A DNA stretch of 64,000 bases from Bdellovibrionales bacterium (GCA_041690295.1 JAWLHR010000008.1:58215-122214); one strand, 5' to 3'; positions 18,126 to 27,938 are shown, counted from the first letter of the stretch. Notes: generated from the sequence alone by a model not told the origin. Numbers and translations are program-made.

Positions 18126-19202
18126 GTGGTGAGCTTGAGTTTAAATCGGATTTCAAAAATCCTGATTTGGTCCAGCGTTGTATTTTTCGCGGCCGGTGGT
18201 GTCTGGGGTTTCTGGACACACAAGAAACACCTGTTTTCCCGCGGAGAAGCCGGCCCTCTCCGCGTGTTGTGCGCGGAGAATTGGCTGTCCGACGAAGTCT
18301 TACAAGCCTTCGCCAAAAAGCGCGGCATCTCGATTCAACAGTGGACCTACTCGAATCCCAACGAATTCATCCGGCAAATGGCGAACGCGGACGGCAATAT
18401 CGACGTGATTTGCACAAGCTCCCTGTTGCTCAAGGGTTTGGTGCAAAGCCGGTGGATCAAAAAGCTTCCGTACACATCCTTGGAAAACGCCAAGAACATC
18501 GCCGTCGACTTCATGCACTTGCCCTATGACCCGGAGTCGGAATACTCCGTGCCGATTTATTGGAACCTTTACGGCTTCTTCGGTAAAGGCAACGCCAAGG
18601 CGCAAAGTTCATGGAAGCAGGTCCTTCAGTCGCATAAAGTCGCGCTTTTCGGGGATGAGTTGAATGTGCTTCATCTTCTGAGCCGAAACGGCATTAAAAT
18701 CGAAGAACGCCTGCAAGACTCCGAAACCAAATCCCTGGAAAACGAAATTCGCAAATTCATCCGATCACTGGTCCAGATCGAAAAACCATCCACCACAGCG
18801 ATTTCCGCCGAGGCGATCACCGCCAAAGCGGAGTGGATCCAATTGCCCTTGTCCCAGGTCTCCCGTCTGCTCGGTGAACCTTCACCTTATCAGTTCTGGT
18901 TGCCCAGCGACGGCGGCATGGTGGAAGTCGGCTTGTTCGCCGTGGGTGAACACAGCGAACGCGTCCCGCTCGCGCTGGAGCTGATCAATCATTTAATCTC
19001 CACCGATCAAGCGTTGGAAATGCATAAGCGTCTCGGCGCCGGCGTGGTCCACACAAGCCTTAATCACTTGAATTCCATCGCACCCTTGCAAAAGGCCGAG
19101 GCGTTACGCCGCTTCCCGCTCACCAAATATGAATTTCCCGAAGTGAGCATGGACGCGATTCCGCGCTTTCAGAAATTTTTCAACGAAACTAAATCGCAAT
19201 AA
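18126..19202 (+). CDS. Polyamine (PotD/PotF-like) ABC substrate-binding protein, divergent
   Basis: LQAFAKKRGI...YSNPNE, YDPESEYSVPIYW, LALELINHL; N-terminal anchor. Confidence 0.75.
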   Translation: MVSLSLNRISKILIWSSVVFFAAGGVWGFWTHKKHLFSRGEAGPLRVLCAENWLSDEVLQAFAKKRGISIQQWTYSNPNEFIRQMANADGNIDVICTSSLLLKGLVQSRWIKKLPYTSLENAKNIAVDFMHLPYDPESEYSVPIYWNLYGFFGKGNAKAQSSWKQVLQSHKVALFGDELNVLHLLSRNGIKIEERLQDSETKSLENEIRKFIRSLVQIEKPSTTAISAEAITAKAEWIQLPLSQVSRLLGEPSPYQFWLPSDGGMVEVGLFAVGEHSERVPLALELINHLISTDQALEMHKRLGAGVVHTSLNHLNSIAPLQKAEALRRFPLTKYEFPEVSMDAIPRFQKFFNETKSQ

Positions 19203-19755
19203 GTGATACGCGCACCCGGCCTTTGAGGGTGTTGCGTTTGGCGGGGCCGTTCTGGGTTTCCTGGCCGTAAATTTCAATCCAAAGATCGTACGGTGAACGT
19301 CCCGACGTGCCGTTACTGAGACCAGTGCGATTCACATTATCCTCGGCGATCGGATTTAAATTCACATAAAGCAAGAAGCGGCCGTTAATGCACTGGCTGT
19401 GAGCGGTTTTATTTCCGCCCGCGATACCGAGCATCCCGGAGTCGCGCACCTTGACATTATTGAGATACAATTCCCAGCGGATCGTATTGAAGGGAAAGCC
19501 ACCTTCGTTGCAATCCCCGCCCAGATTGAATTCCGAAAGATTGGCGGGAACGCTGTATTCCGTCCCCCCACCCAGATTCACCTTCAAGCTGAGGTTATCC
19601 ACGGTCGGAGTGATACAATCGTCATCCACGCATTCCACGCTGGAACCTGTCACCGAAAAGGTGCTGTTATCAGAATAAGTTCCGCAGTTTGTGTACTGGG
19701 TCATCATGACCAGGGACACGAAGGCGAAAGTCAACCATCTCAAGGTTTTATTCAT
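19189..19755 (-). CDS. Hypothetical exported/lipoprotein
   Basis: Signal ending QYTNC; Cys-containing beta-rich domain. Confidence 0.75.
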   Translation of the reverse strand: MNKTLRWLTFAFVSLVMMTQYTNCGTYSDNSTFSVTGSSVECVDDDCITPTVDNLSLKVNLGGGTEYSVPANLSEFNLGGDCNEGGFPFNTIRWELYLNNVKVRDSGMLGIAGGNKTAHSQCINGRFLLYVNLNPIAEDNVNRTGLSNGTSGRSPYDLWIEIYGQETQNGPAKRNTLKGRVRVSLIAI

Positions 19756-19774
19756 TCAAAGCTCACCTAATATT

Positions 19775-19802
19775 GTATCGACTTGGGTCTAGTTAAACTT
19801 TA
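19775..19802 (-). promoter_or_regulatory. sigma28/FliA promoter
   Basis: TAAAGTTT-N12-GTCGATAC, near the FliA consensus. Confidence 0.65.
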
Positions 19803-19856
19803 CGCCCAGCCCGGTAAAATTTGAATGCAACGTCTCAGTCTGATACGAAACGGGCC

Positions 19857-21344
19857 ATGAAAAGTCTGATTTTGGCGTTGATTTTGGCCTCGGCCCCCAG
19901 CGCGTGGGCTGAAAAGGTATTTACCTTTCACCTCTTCGTCGAACCTCATCATTTGGATCCGCAAATCGCCACGTCGACGTTAAGTAATTACCTTTTCGCG
20001 AGTCTCTACCGCGGGCTCTATCTTTATCAGGACGGAAAGCTTCGTCCCGACGGCGCCAAATCCTGCACCCGAAAAGCCAAGGCGATGATTTGCCGTTTAA
20101 ATCCTGAGCATCGCTGGAGTGACGGCACGAGAATTCGCGCCGAACACTACGTCAATTCTTTTCGCCGGTTGATTGATCCGGCGAATTCGAGTCCGCAAAG
20201 TGACGTGCTTTTCACCGTGAAAAACGCCAAGGCCATTTGGCGTGGCGAAAAACCACCGCAGTCACTTGGAGTTTGGGCGAAGGGGCCGGATGAGTTGCAC
20301 ATCGAATTTGAAACTGAAGACCCCGAATTTGAGTACAAGCTCATTCACCCGGCGCTCACTCCCCTGCCCGCCGGCGGCTTTAAAAGTAGGGAAGAGGCCC
20401 CCCAACAACTGACCAATGGTCCTTACGCCATTGAGGAATGGAAAATCGGCCAATGGATCGCTTTGAAACCCAATCCTCATTATCCACCCCAAAACGGGCG
20501 CCCACCGGCCAAGATTTATTTCATCGATGATGATTCCACCGCCCTTCGCCTCTATGAAACCGGCAAGCTGCAATTCCTTCGGCGGGTCACCGGCTCGGAA
20601 ATCCCCCGTTTTAAAAATTCCAAGGAGTTTCATCAAATCCCCATGGCGAGATTTGATTACATAGGTTTCGGTCCCAAACTCGTCAAAACGCCTGAGCGCA
20701 GAGAGGCTCTTTTGAAAGCCGTGGATTTTTCCGGATTCATGAAATTGTTCGATACGGTGAGTCCTCCCGGCTGCCCCAGTCTCCCGTCGCGATTCATGGA
20801 TAAAGCGTTTTGTATGAAAGCCGACATCAAACGGGCGAAATCACTTTGGGGGAAGGAAAACCCAAAGTTCGAGTTTTACTTTAGCCGGATGGGTGGCGAG
20901 GACATCGCTCGCGCGGCCGAGTGGTTCCAAGGCCAGTGGAAACGCAACCTTGATGCCGACGTGGAACTCAAATCCCAGGAGCAAGCCTCTTATCTTCGCC
21001 GCTTAAAAACCGACCCACCGGATATTTTTCGCAAAGGCGTGAGTCTTGACCGGCCCACCTGCCTGGCCGCGGTCGAAATCTTCACTCGCGATCACCCCGA
21101 AAACTACATCCGTTACGATGACCCCGAGTACGAGCGACTGGTCCGCAACCTCGCCCGGAGCCGGACGGATTCGGAGCGAAAACGCGCTTGCCGAAAAGCC
21201 ATTGAACATCTTTTAAACAGTTTTCGCTTATTGCCGCTCGGCGAAATGTATTTTTCCGTACTCGCCCGCCCCACATTCACCGGCTGGCGCTTAAATTCCT
21301 TGAATCAGTTGGACTTAAGTGAACTTAGGACCAAGGACCTATAG
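19857..21344 (+). CDS. Oligopeptide ABC substrate-binding protein (OppA family)
   Basis: EP..LDP, RWSDG, NGPYAIEEW, LKPNPHY motifs; signal peptide. Confidence 0.88.
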   Translation: MKSLILALILASAPSAWAEKVFTFHLFVEPHHLDPQIATSTLSNYLFASLYRGLYLYQDGKLRPDGAKSCTRKAKAMICRLNPEHRWSDGTRIRAEHYVNSFRRLIDPANSSPQSDVLFTVKNAKAIWRGEKPPQSLGVWAKGPDELHIEFETEDPEFEYKLIHPALTPLPAGGFKSREEAPQQLTNGPYAIEEWKIGQWIALKPNPHYPPQNGRPPAKIYFIDDDSTALRLYETGKLQFLRRVTGSEIPRFKNSKEFHQIPMARFDYIGFGPKLVKTPERREALLKAVDFSGFMKLFDTVSPPGCPSLPSRFMDKAFCMKADIKRAKSLWGKENPKFEFYFSRMGGEDIARAAEWFQGQWKRNLDADVELKSQEQASYLRRLKTDPPDIFRKGVSLDRPTCLAAVEIFTRDHPENYIRYDDPEYERLVRNLARSRTDSERKRACRKAIEHLLNSFRLLPLGEMYFSVLARPTFTGWRLNSLNQLDLSELRTKDL

Positions 21345-21367
21345 CTCCCCAGACTTTCAGCCGATAA
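21340..21367 (+). promoter_or_regulatory. sigma28/FliA promoter
   Basis: TATA-N16-GCCGATAA (perfect -10 box). Confidence 0.6.
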
Positions 21368-21400
21368 CTAAAGAGCTGTCAAACAAAGGAGACGGTTCAA

Positions 21401-21628
21401 ATGGCAAAGGAAAACGGCAAAAACCAGGGCGGCGGTGGCGCGAATGTGATCCCCATGAACACCAACTGCTGTGTCGAGAAGTGCAATAAGAAGCAGGAAC
21501 GCATGAATTTTTGCGCCGAACATTTCATTTGGTTCAAAGAAGGTCTCGTGAACAAGGCGGGAAAACGCCCCTCGGATTTCGATAAAAAGTACCAGGCTTT
21601 CCTGGCCAAGCAGAAGTCCGCGGCCTAA
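21401..21628 (+). CDS. Small basic protein with putative C-x4-C-x9-C-x2-H zinc finger
   Basis: AAGGAG RBS; CCVEKC...FCAEH; Lys-rich. Confidence 0.8.
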   Translation: MAKENGKNQGGGGANVIPMNTNCCVEKCNKKQERMNFCAEHFIWFKEGLVNKAGKRPSDFDKKYQAFLAKQKSAA

Positions 21629-21686
21629 AAGGCGGCCCCAAACGCCAAAAAGAGAATCAAGCTTAAGACAAATGTTTTAAGCGAGA

Positions 21687-21723
21687 AAAGGAGTAGTTCC
21701 ATGCTACTCCTTTCGTCTTTTTT
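21687..21723 (+). terminator. Rho-independent terminator
   Basis: AAAGGAGTAG/CTACTCCTTT stem followed by T-rich tail. Confidence 0.7.
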
Positions 21724-21768
21724 CAGCCCACCTTGAGTTTTAACCGGTCCTTTGTTAGCTTCGGCACC

Positions 21769-22521
21769 ATGTCAAAATCCGCATACATCGTTACCGGCGC
21801 CGGTTCAGGAATCGGCCAAGCCATCGCCCGAAAAATCATCGCCCAAGACGGCCACGTCTTTGGGCTTGGACGAAACATTCAAAAACTTGAAAGCACAAAT
21901 CGACTCGTGGACGGCCGAAATTTCGCCTTCACTTCAGCTGATCTTTCAGATGCGTCACAATCCTTGGCGGCCGTCGCGAAAATCAAAGATTGGTTGAAGA
22001 GTCACGACCTCAAGTTAAAGGCATTGGTGAATAACGCCGGGATCGTCAATCGCTCCCCCTTTGATCAAACCCCCGATGAAATTTGGGAGCGGCAGTTTCA
22101 CACCAACCTGCTTTCCGCCGCGCGACTGACCCGGGAGTTTTATCAGGAACTGAAATCCGCGGCACCGAGTTCCGTATTGAACATCTCATCGAATCTTGGA
22201 ATTCGCCCGATTCCGAACACGTCCGCCTACTCCGCGATCAAGGCGGCCATGTTGAATTGGACACAGAGTCTGGCCATGGAATGGGCGCCGCTCAACATCC
22301 GCGTGAACGCGCTCTGTCCGGGACTGGTGGACACGCCGATTCACCCGTTTTTCGGCCATAGCGAAGACTCCGAAGAACGTAAGATGGCCCATCAGCTTTC
22401 ACCGCTCGGTCGTATGGGAACCTCGGAAGACATCGCCGAGGCCGCTTGGTTCCTGCTGAGCGAGGCGTCTTCGTGGACGACGGGATCCATCTTGTCCGTC
22501 GACGGCGGAATGGGGTTATGA
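21769..22521 (+). CDS. Classical SDR oxidoreductase
   Basis: TGAGSGIG, NNAG, YSAIK, VNALCPG, VDGG. Confidence 0.93.
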   Translation: MSKSAYIVTGAGSGIGQAIARKIIAQDGHVFGLGRNIQKLESTNRLVDGRNFAFTSADLSDASQSLAAVAKIKDWLKSHDLKLKALVNNAGIVNRSPFDQTPDEIWERQFHTNLLSAARLTREFYQELKSAAPSSVLNISSNLGIRPIPNTSAYSAIKAAMLNWTQSLAMEWAPLNIRVNALCPGLVDTPIHPFFGHSEDSEERKMAHQLSPLGRMGTSEDIAEAAWFLLSEASSWTTGSILSVDGGMGL

Positions 22522-22856
22522 ATCAAGTTCGGCTCGCGCGCCGGCGCGAATTCGTGGTCCTCAATGAAATTGGAACCAATTTCTCTCCCCAAGGTCCCGC
22601 CATTCATTATCAATTGGAAGCCTATCTCGAAGGCGGCTTGAACGATCTGGGTGTGATTTTGAACATTCGCGATTTCGATGGCTTATTGGCGAGGCTTCTT
22701 GCCGAGTACGAAGGCCGCGCCATCAACAAATCCAGCCTGGAGCTGGCGAAAGAACTCTTCGTGCAGTTGAGGAGTCTTTTGGCCGACCAGCCGTTTCGTC
22801 TGGTCCAGTTGCGACTTTTTGAATCCCCCGATTTCTGGGTGGACGTATGCGAGTGA
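22518..22856 (+). CDS. PTPS/QueD-like T-fold protein, degenerate
   Basis: HYQLE...GVILNIRDFD...SSLELAKELF...LRLFESPDFWV; ATGA coupled to the SDR. Confidence 0.6.
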   Translation: MNQVRLARRREFVVLNEIGTNFSPQGPAIHYQLEAYLEGGLNDLGVILNIRDFDGLLARLLAEYEGRAINKSSLELAKELFVQLRSLLADQPFRLVQLRLFESPDFWVDVCE

Positions 22857-23185
22857 GTTTTGGACGGCGATATCTTTTTCAAAGCGTTCATTCGCTGAGC
22901 GGCTTTCGCGAAGGCCGCCATGGCCATCACTTTTTTCTCGAAATTCAATTTCTTCAAGACGGCCTTGAATTCGCCGACTCAAGTTATCGTGAGTTCATTG
23001 AGCCGAAGCTTCACGGCCGGGTCTTAAATGATATTATCGAGCCGGCCACCGGCGAAAAGCTGGCCCAGTGGATTTTCGCGGAACTCTCCCGCTCCCCGCT
23101 TGGCCCCCACCTTTTAAGTGTGGCGCTCCAGGAAACGGAAAAAAACCGCTTCATCTGCTCACGCAGCGATAAGGTTTATGTCTGA
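22847..23185 (+). CDS. 6-pyruvoyl/6-carboxy-tetrahydropterin synthase (PTPS/QueD) family protein
   Basis: F.SVHSL, HGH, LND...[17 protein letters not shown]. Confidence 0.72.
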   Translation: MRVSFGRRYLFQSVHSLSGFREGRHGHHFFLEIQFLQDGLEFADSSYREFIEPKLHGRVLNDIIEPATGEKLAQWIFAELSRSPLGPHLLSVALQETEKNRFICSRSDKVYV

Positions 23186-23906
23186 GTTGGTCCGCCTGAG
23201 CAAATTGATGTCGGAACGAGGACTTTGCTCCCGCCGCGAAGCGGATGAACTGATCGAGCGCGGCTTGGTGAAAGTTGATGGTGTCGTCATCGATCAACTG
23301 GGTAGTAAAGTTTCACCGGACGCGAAAATTGAAATCCTCGCCGCCGGCCGAAAGAATCTTTCGTCCAAAGTCACGATCGTGCTCAACAAACCGAAAGGTT
23401 ATGTTTCATCGCAGCCCGAAAAAGGCTACAAAGCCGCGGTCGAACTGATTCGCCCGGAAAATCAGGATCCCTCGGACAAACGCCGTTTCGACCGGCGTCA
23501 TCTGCGCGGGCTGGCTCCGGCCGGCCGCCTGGATATCGATTCGCAAGGGCTGCTCATCCTCACCTCGGACGGCGTGGTGGCGAAAAAAATCATCGGTGAA
23601 AACTCGGAGATTGAAAAAGAATACCTCGTCCGCGTGAGCGGACATCTCACGCCGGAAAACTTAAAGCGCCTGCAAGACGGCTCCATGGTGATTGAAGGGC
23701 GAAGACTTCTTCCCGCCAAAGTGGAATGGGTCAACCAAGATCAGCTTCGCTTTGTCCTTCGCGAGGGCATGAAACGGCAGATTCGAAAAATGTGTCAGGA
23801 AGTCGGTCTTAAAGTTTTGGCTTTAAAAAGAGTGCGTATCGGTCATGTTCGGCTGGGGAAATTAAAAGAAGGACAATGGCGGTACCTGCGCCCCGGCGAG
23901 CTTTAA
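23178..23906 (+). CDS. S4-domain rRNA pseudouridine synthase (RsuA/RluB/RluF family)
   Basis: RLSKLM...[25 protein letters not shown]. Confidence 0.93.
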   Translation: MSELVRLSKLMSERGLCSRREADELIERGLVKVDGVVIDQLGSKVSPDAKIEILAAGRKNLSSKVTIVLNKPKGYVSSQPEKGYKAAVELIRPENQDPSDKRRFDRRHLRGLAPAGRLDIDSQGLLILTSDGVVAKKIIGENSEIEKEYLVRVSGHLTPENLKRLQDGSMVIEGRRLLPAKVEWVNQDQLRFVLREGMKRQIRKMCQEVGLKVLALKRVRIGHVRLGKLKEGQWRYLRPGEL

Positions 23907-24721
23907 TGCCGGTGAATTCTCTGAGTTGCCGTTAACCAAAGTGAGCGAAGCTCTTCGAGAGTGTGGATTTCTTTCGGTGTGAATCCCGCGGCCAAACGAA
24001 GCTCACGCCGGACCGGCTCGAGTCGCCGCGGAATCCGGTAAAACAAGCGCTTGAGTCGCGGAGCGAAGTCCTCCTCGGGATCAAGTCCCTGCCTTTTGGC
24101 GATCTCCACGTACCAGCGACTACCGAATCTCACATGCCCTTCTTCTTCCGCGCGAATCACACGGACCACCTCGGCCACGGATCGGGCGTTCTTCACTCCA
24201 TCCAAGCGCTTGAGCAAAGTTTCCGAAGCGTCCAGACCTGAACCTTCCAGATAACGATGGACGATCACAATGCGATCCAAGAGCGAATCGTCCGCGGACA
24301 CCGACTGCCAAAGTCCAATGTGGGTGGGGAAACTTCCCCAGGGAAAACCCAAGTCATCCAGCGCCTGCAAACAAAGTCGAAGGTGCCGACCTTCATCCAG
24401 ACAAACCATGGCCAACTGTTCACGAAACTCTTGAGGGGCTTCGGGAAACTCCGCGAGTGTACGTATCGCCAGCTCCATGGCTTGAAGTTCGATGCTCGCC
24501 AAATCGTGAAGGAGTCGCGCCTGCCCCTCAATCGAAGACAATCCCTTCTTAGGTGGAAGATCCCGTATGGCCCAGATTTGCACATCGCGTCCAGGCGTCT
24601 CGGGAATCACGCAGCGCTGACCTTTAAGCAATGAATGAACTTCCAACTCCAGTTGGCGAAGCTTGGTGAAGACTTCGCATTCGGCAATAACTTGCGTTTT
24701 ATCCGGCACAGAGGCATTCAT
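23903..24721 (-). CDS. DUF455 ferritin-like diiron protein
   Basis: [31 protein letters not shown]. Confidence 0.85.
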   Translation of the reverse strand: MNASVPDKTQVIAECEVFTKLRQLELEVHSLLKGQRCVIPETPGRDVQIWAIRDLPPKKGLSSIEGQARLLHDLASIELQAMELAIRTLAEFPEAPQEFREQLAMVCLDEGRHLRLCLQALDDLGFPWGSFPTHIGLWQSVSADDSLLDRIVIVHRYLEGSGLDASETLLKRLDGVKNARSVAEVVRVIRAEEEGHVRFGSRWYVEIAKRQGLDPEEDFAPRLKRLFYRIPRRLEPVRRELRLAAGFTPKEIHTLEELRSLWLTATQRIHRH

Positions 24722-24779
24722 TTTATTATCTCATGGTCCGCTCTTGATGCGGCCCGCATAACTTATCAGGCAGGAAATT

Positions 24780-25481
24780 ATGGGTAAAGGCTGGAAGAAA
24801 GCCGGCAAGCTGGAAAACGCACAGAAAAAAGGTGCCATTTTCACCAAAATCGCACGTGAAATCGCCGTGGCCGCACGACTGGGGGGCGGAGACCCCGAGG
24901 GCAACTCCCGACTGAAACTCGCCATTCAAGCCGCGCGTGAAGTTTCTTGCCCCAAGGACACCATAGAGCGGGCGATTAAGAAGGGAACGGGTCAACTCGA
25001 CGACGGCGCCACCATTGAGGAGATCACCTACGAGGGTTACGGCCCTCACGGCGTCGGTATTATTGTCGAATGCCAAACGGATAATCGCACCCGCACCGTC
25101 TCGGAAATCCGCAATGTCTTCAAAACCCACGGCGGCAATTTGGGTGAATCCGGAGCGGTGGCTTGGATGTTCGAGCGAGTCAGTCTGGTCCAGGGAACCA
25201 AAGCCAATGTGGGCGACCCGGAGGAAGAAGCCATCGAGGCCGGCGCCAACGAAGTCGAGCGCGAAGAAGACGGAAGCTACAGCTTCTACGGTGCACCGGC
25301 GGACTTGGATTCGATCCGCAAGGCCTTGACCGGCCGGGGCTGGGAAATCAAAGTGGCGGAACTTTCCTTCAAAGCCAAAGAAAAAACCAATCTGTCCGAA
25401 GACCAACTTAAAGAAGTGTATGAGCTTCTTGAGGCTTTGGAGGATAACGACGACTCACACCGGGTCCACGCCACGGTGTGA
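24780..25481 (+). CDS. YebC/PmpR family protein
   Basis: GGGDPEGN, YEGYGPHGV, TDNRTRT, DNDDSHRV. Confidence 0.95.
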   Translation: MGKGWKKAGKLENAQKKGAIFTKIAREIAVAARLGGGDPEGNSRLKLAIQAAREVSCPKDTIERAIKKGTGQLDDGATIEEITYEGYGPHGVGIIVECQTDNRTRTVSEIRNVFKTHGGNLGESGAVAWMFERVSLVQGTKANVGDPEEEAIEAGANEVEREEDGSYSFYGAPADLDSIRKALTGRGWEIKVAELSFKAKEKTNLSEDQLKEVYELLEALEDNDDSHRVHATV

Positions 25482-25910
25482 TCACACCCGTTCCATCAGG
25501 GCTTTAAACGCCATGGCGTAAAATTTCATTTGCTTGATCATGCTGAACAAACCGCTGGAACGGCTTGGGGAAAGCTTGGTCTCAAGGCCGATCTCACGAA
25601 CAAAATCCGGTGGAGTGGAAATGATTTCGTCCGGCGGCGCATCCGAATACACCTGAAGGAGAAGCGCCACCAGGCCGCGCACCAGAATCGCGTCGCTGTC
25701 GGCTTCAAAAATCACCCGGCCGTCGTGGAATCGCGCATGCATCCACACCTGCGACTGACAGCCCTTGACCTTCGCTTCTTCCGTTTTCTTTTCTTCCGGA
25801 AGGTCCGGCAAGGTCTTGCCGAGTTCGATTAATTTTTTGTAGCGATCTTCCCAGCCCGTGAATTTGGCGAATTCAGCGACGATCCGATCCTGCCGTTCCC
25901 GTAAACTCAT
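25482..25910 (-). CDS. sufE: SufE family Fe-S cluster sulfur acceptor
   Basis: VKGCQSQVW, DSDAILVRGL, LSPSRSSG. Confidence 0.92.
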   Translation of the reverse strand: MSLRERQDRIVAEFAKFTGWEDRYKKLIELGKTLPDLPEEKKTEEAKVKGCQSQVWMHARFHDGRVIFEADSDAILVRGLVALLLQVYSDAPPDEIISTPPDFVREIGLETKLSPSRSSGLFSMIKQMKFYAMAFKALMERV

Positions 25911-26486
25911 TGAACCAGACTTCTACCTCCTCACGCCGCAGTTGGCCAGCCCAAGTCCAGGATTTTTGATAAATCTTCTTCAAGTGTTCGATGTCGAAAT
26001 TCTCCGACTGAGCCCCTTCCTCAAGATTTAAGAGATCCACTTGGGCGTGAATCAACGGGAGAGTAAACCCCTGCGCGCGAAGTGCGTGTTGCGCCACCAT
26101 AGTTTCTAAAGCGAACGCCTTTTCTGAGAGTTCGCTGTGGGCGAGCCCCTGACAGAAATAGGTGCTGCATTCACCGGGACGATACCGCCAGATCGTGCAT
26201 TGTCCCCGGTCAAAAAAGGCGCAAGCGAGGCGCTCACCGAGACCATGACGTCGGCGATATTCCCGCGTGGGAATGAGGCCAAGCGGCTGAGCCTGAATTG
26301 ATCCCCGCGCCAGAGCCAATCGGGTTGCGCGGAGAGAATCGCTCCCACCAGGAAGTTGGCCACGAACGGCTGGAAATCACAACACTTCGCCGGCTTGGCG
26401 CAGCCATGACAATCCAGTGACGGCGGGCCGACGTGAGGCTCACCGAGCCAGGCTTGCAATACTGGACTGAGCCAACTCTTGGTCAA
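25873..26486 (-). pseudogene. Cys-rich (YkgJ-like) protein split by a 1-nt frameshift near 26290 (pseudogene or sequence error)
   Basis: Frame 1 has CHGC, CCDFQP; frame 2 has CAFF, CTIWRYRP.ECSTYFC; the 614-nt span needs +1 nt for a ~204-aa protein. Confidence 0.7.
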
Positions 26487-26514
26487 GATCTCCCCAATCA
26501 GTTAAACTACTCAC

Positions 26515-26991
26515 ATGAGACAAACGCCGAACTACATAACTCCCGAAGGATTCCGGAAGTTGCAAGAGGAATTCCGCCAGCTCTTCCATGAAGAACGACC
26601 GAAGCTGGTTGAAACCGTGGCCTGGGCGGCGGGCAACGGTGATCGCAGCGAAAACGGGGACTACATCTACGGCAAACGCCGCCTGCGTGAAATCGACAAG
26701 CGTCTTAAATACCTTCGTGACCGCATCGAGTCCGCCCAGGTGGTGGATCCCTTAACGGTGAAAACCGATAAAGTGGTCTTCGGTGCCACGGTCACGATTA
26801 TCGATGAAACCGATGAAGAACGCGAATACGTGATTGTCGGCGAGGACGAAATTGAACCGGGAAAGAATAAAATTTCCTGGAAATCTCCCATGGCTAAAGC
26901 CTTGCTCGGCAAGCAGGAAGGTGATGAAGTCATTATCCAACGTCCAGCCGGACCCCTCGTGGCCGAGATTGTAAAGATCACTTACAAATAA
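26515..26991 (+). CDS. greB: Transcription elongation factor GreB
   Basis: WAAGNGDRSENGDYIYGKRRLREID, ISWKSP. Confidence 0.95.
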   Translation: MRQTPNYITPEGFRKLQEEFRQLFHEERPKLVETVAWAAGNGDRSENGDYIYGKRRLREIDKRLKYLRDRIESAQVVDPLTVKTDKVVFGATVTIIDETDEEREYVIVGEDEIEPGKNKISWKSPMAKALLGKQEGDEVIIQRPAGPLVAEIVKITYK

Positions 26992-27003
26992 TATTCTTTA
27001 TTC

Positions 27004-27408
27004 ATGTTCGTCCGATTTTGCGTATTGGCTTTGTTCGCCTGGTCCATGCCCGCGCAATCGGCTTGTCCGAAAAATCCACTCAAAGGTTACAAGTTCTTGC
27101 GCCATTCAGGAGGCGAGGACGTTTACGCCGGAATTAATAAAGCCATCACCCTCAGGATCAAATGTTTTTCCCGATCCACCCGTTTTGACGACGTGGTGAA
27201 CAAATTGAAAACCGAGAGCAATGAGAAATTAATGCGCGGAGATGCGGTCTTTTTTGATGTCACCGCCCGCGGCCGTCACAAGAGAATCTATGTCATCAAT
27301 GGAAATCCGGTTTACCAGATGACCTTCATCACCAGATATCGGTACAGAGCCCTTCTCGAACCCACGCAGGCTCAAGTTGAAGCCTATCTGGAAAAGAAAA
27401 AGAAGTAG
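27004..27408 (+). CDS. Hypothetical secreted protein
   Basis: Signal peptide; 134 aa. Confidence 0.65.
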   Translation: MFVRFCVLALFAWSMPAQSACPKNPLKGYKFLRHSGGEDVYAGINKAITLRIKCFSRSTRFDDVVNKLKTESNEKLMRGDAVFFDVTARGRHKRIYVINGNPVYQMTFITRYRYRALLEPTQAQVEAYLEKKKK

Positions 27409-27553
27409 CCCCGCTGTCAAAAAGACCTACATCTGGCACGCCAAAAAGCGCACCCCCTTCACTTAGGCCGTTTTAGGGCCCCGCCGGGCTTGCCATGAAC
27501 ATGTTTTTATTAAGTCATTTCATATACTTATAGCTTATCGCTCAGGCGCCGCC

Positions 27554-27570
27554 TTGGACCCGCTCTTGCT
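27554..27570 (+). promoter_or_regulatory. Putative sigma54 promoter
   Basis: TTGGACCCGCTCTTGCT, GG-N10-GC, about 30 nt before the 27601 ATG. Confidence 0.5.
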
Positions 27571-27600
27571 CTAAGAAAAAGGCAAAAGGAGGGCTAACCC

Positions 27601-27897
27601 ATGCGTGCCCTGACATTGATGATAGGCATAGTGCTTTTGACCCTGATTAACACGGAGGTATCGGCGTCGACCCCCAATCGTGTCCCCGCCGCTGAAAAGG
27701 TCTATAGCTGCCGGATCAGTAACGGTTACGTGGAAGCCACGGGTTACAGCTACAAATCCAAGAATGACGCTAAGGCAAAAGCGTGGCTCAAATGCGGTGA
27801 AATGATGATCGATGATTATATTGCCCGCCGCGGTTCGATCCCTGAAGACCGGGTGGAAGAATTAAGCACCGCCTGTGTGAACTACGATTGTATTTAG
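27601..27897 (+). CDS. Small secreted Cys-containing protein
   Basis: AGGAGG RBS; signal peptide; four Cys. Confidence 0.75.
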   Translation: MRALTLMIGIVLLTLINTEVSASTPNRVPAAEKVYSCRISNGYVEATGYSYKSKNDAKAKAWLKCGEMMIDDYIARRGSIPEDRVEELSTACVNYDCI

Positions 27898-27938
27898 TCC
27901 GGGTTGTCAATTGCGAGGGAACCGGCTATCGTTCCCTC

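Noticed and set aside
21610..21650. GGCCTAAA resembling c-di-GMP-I P3
   Set aside because: Overlaps a stop codon; no GNRA P2 stem or other aptamer elements
24726..25406. 226-aa - strand ORF
   Set aside because: Antisense shadow of yebC
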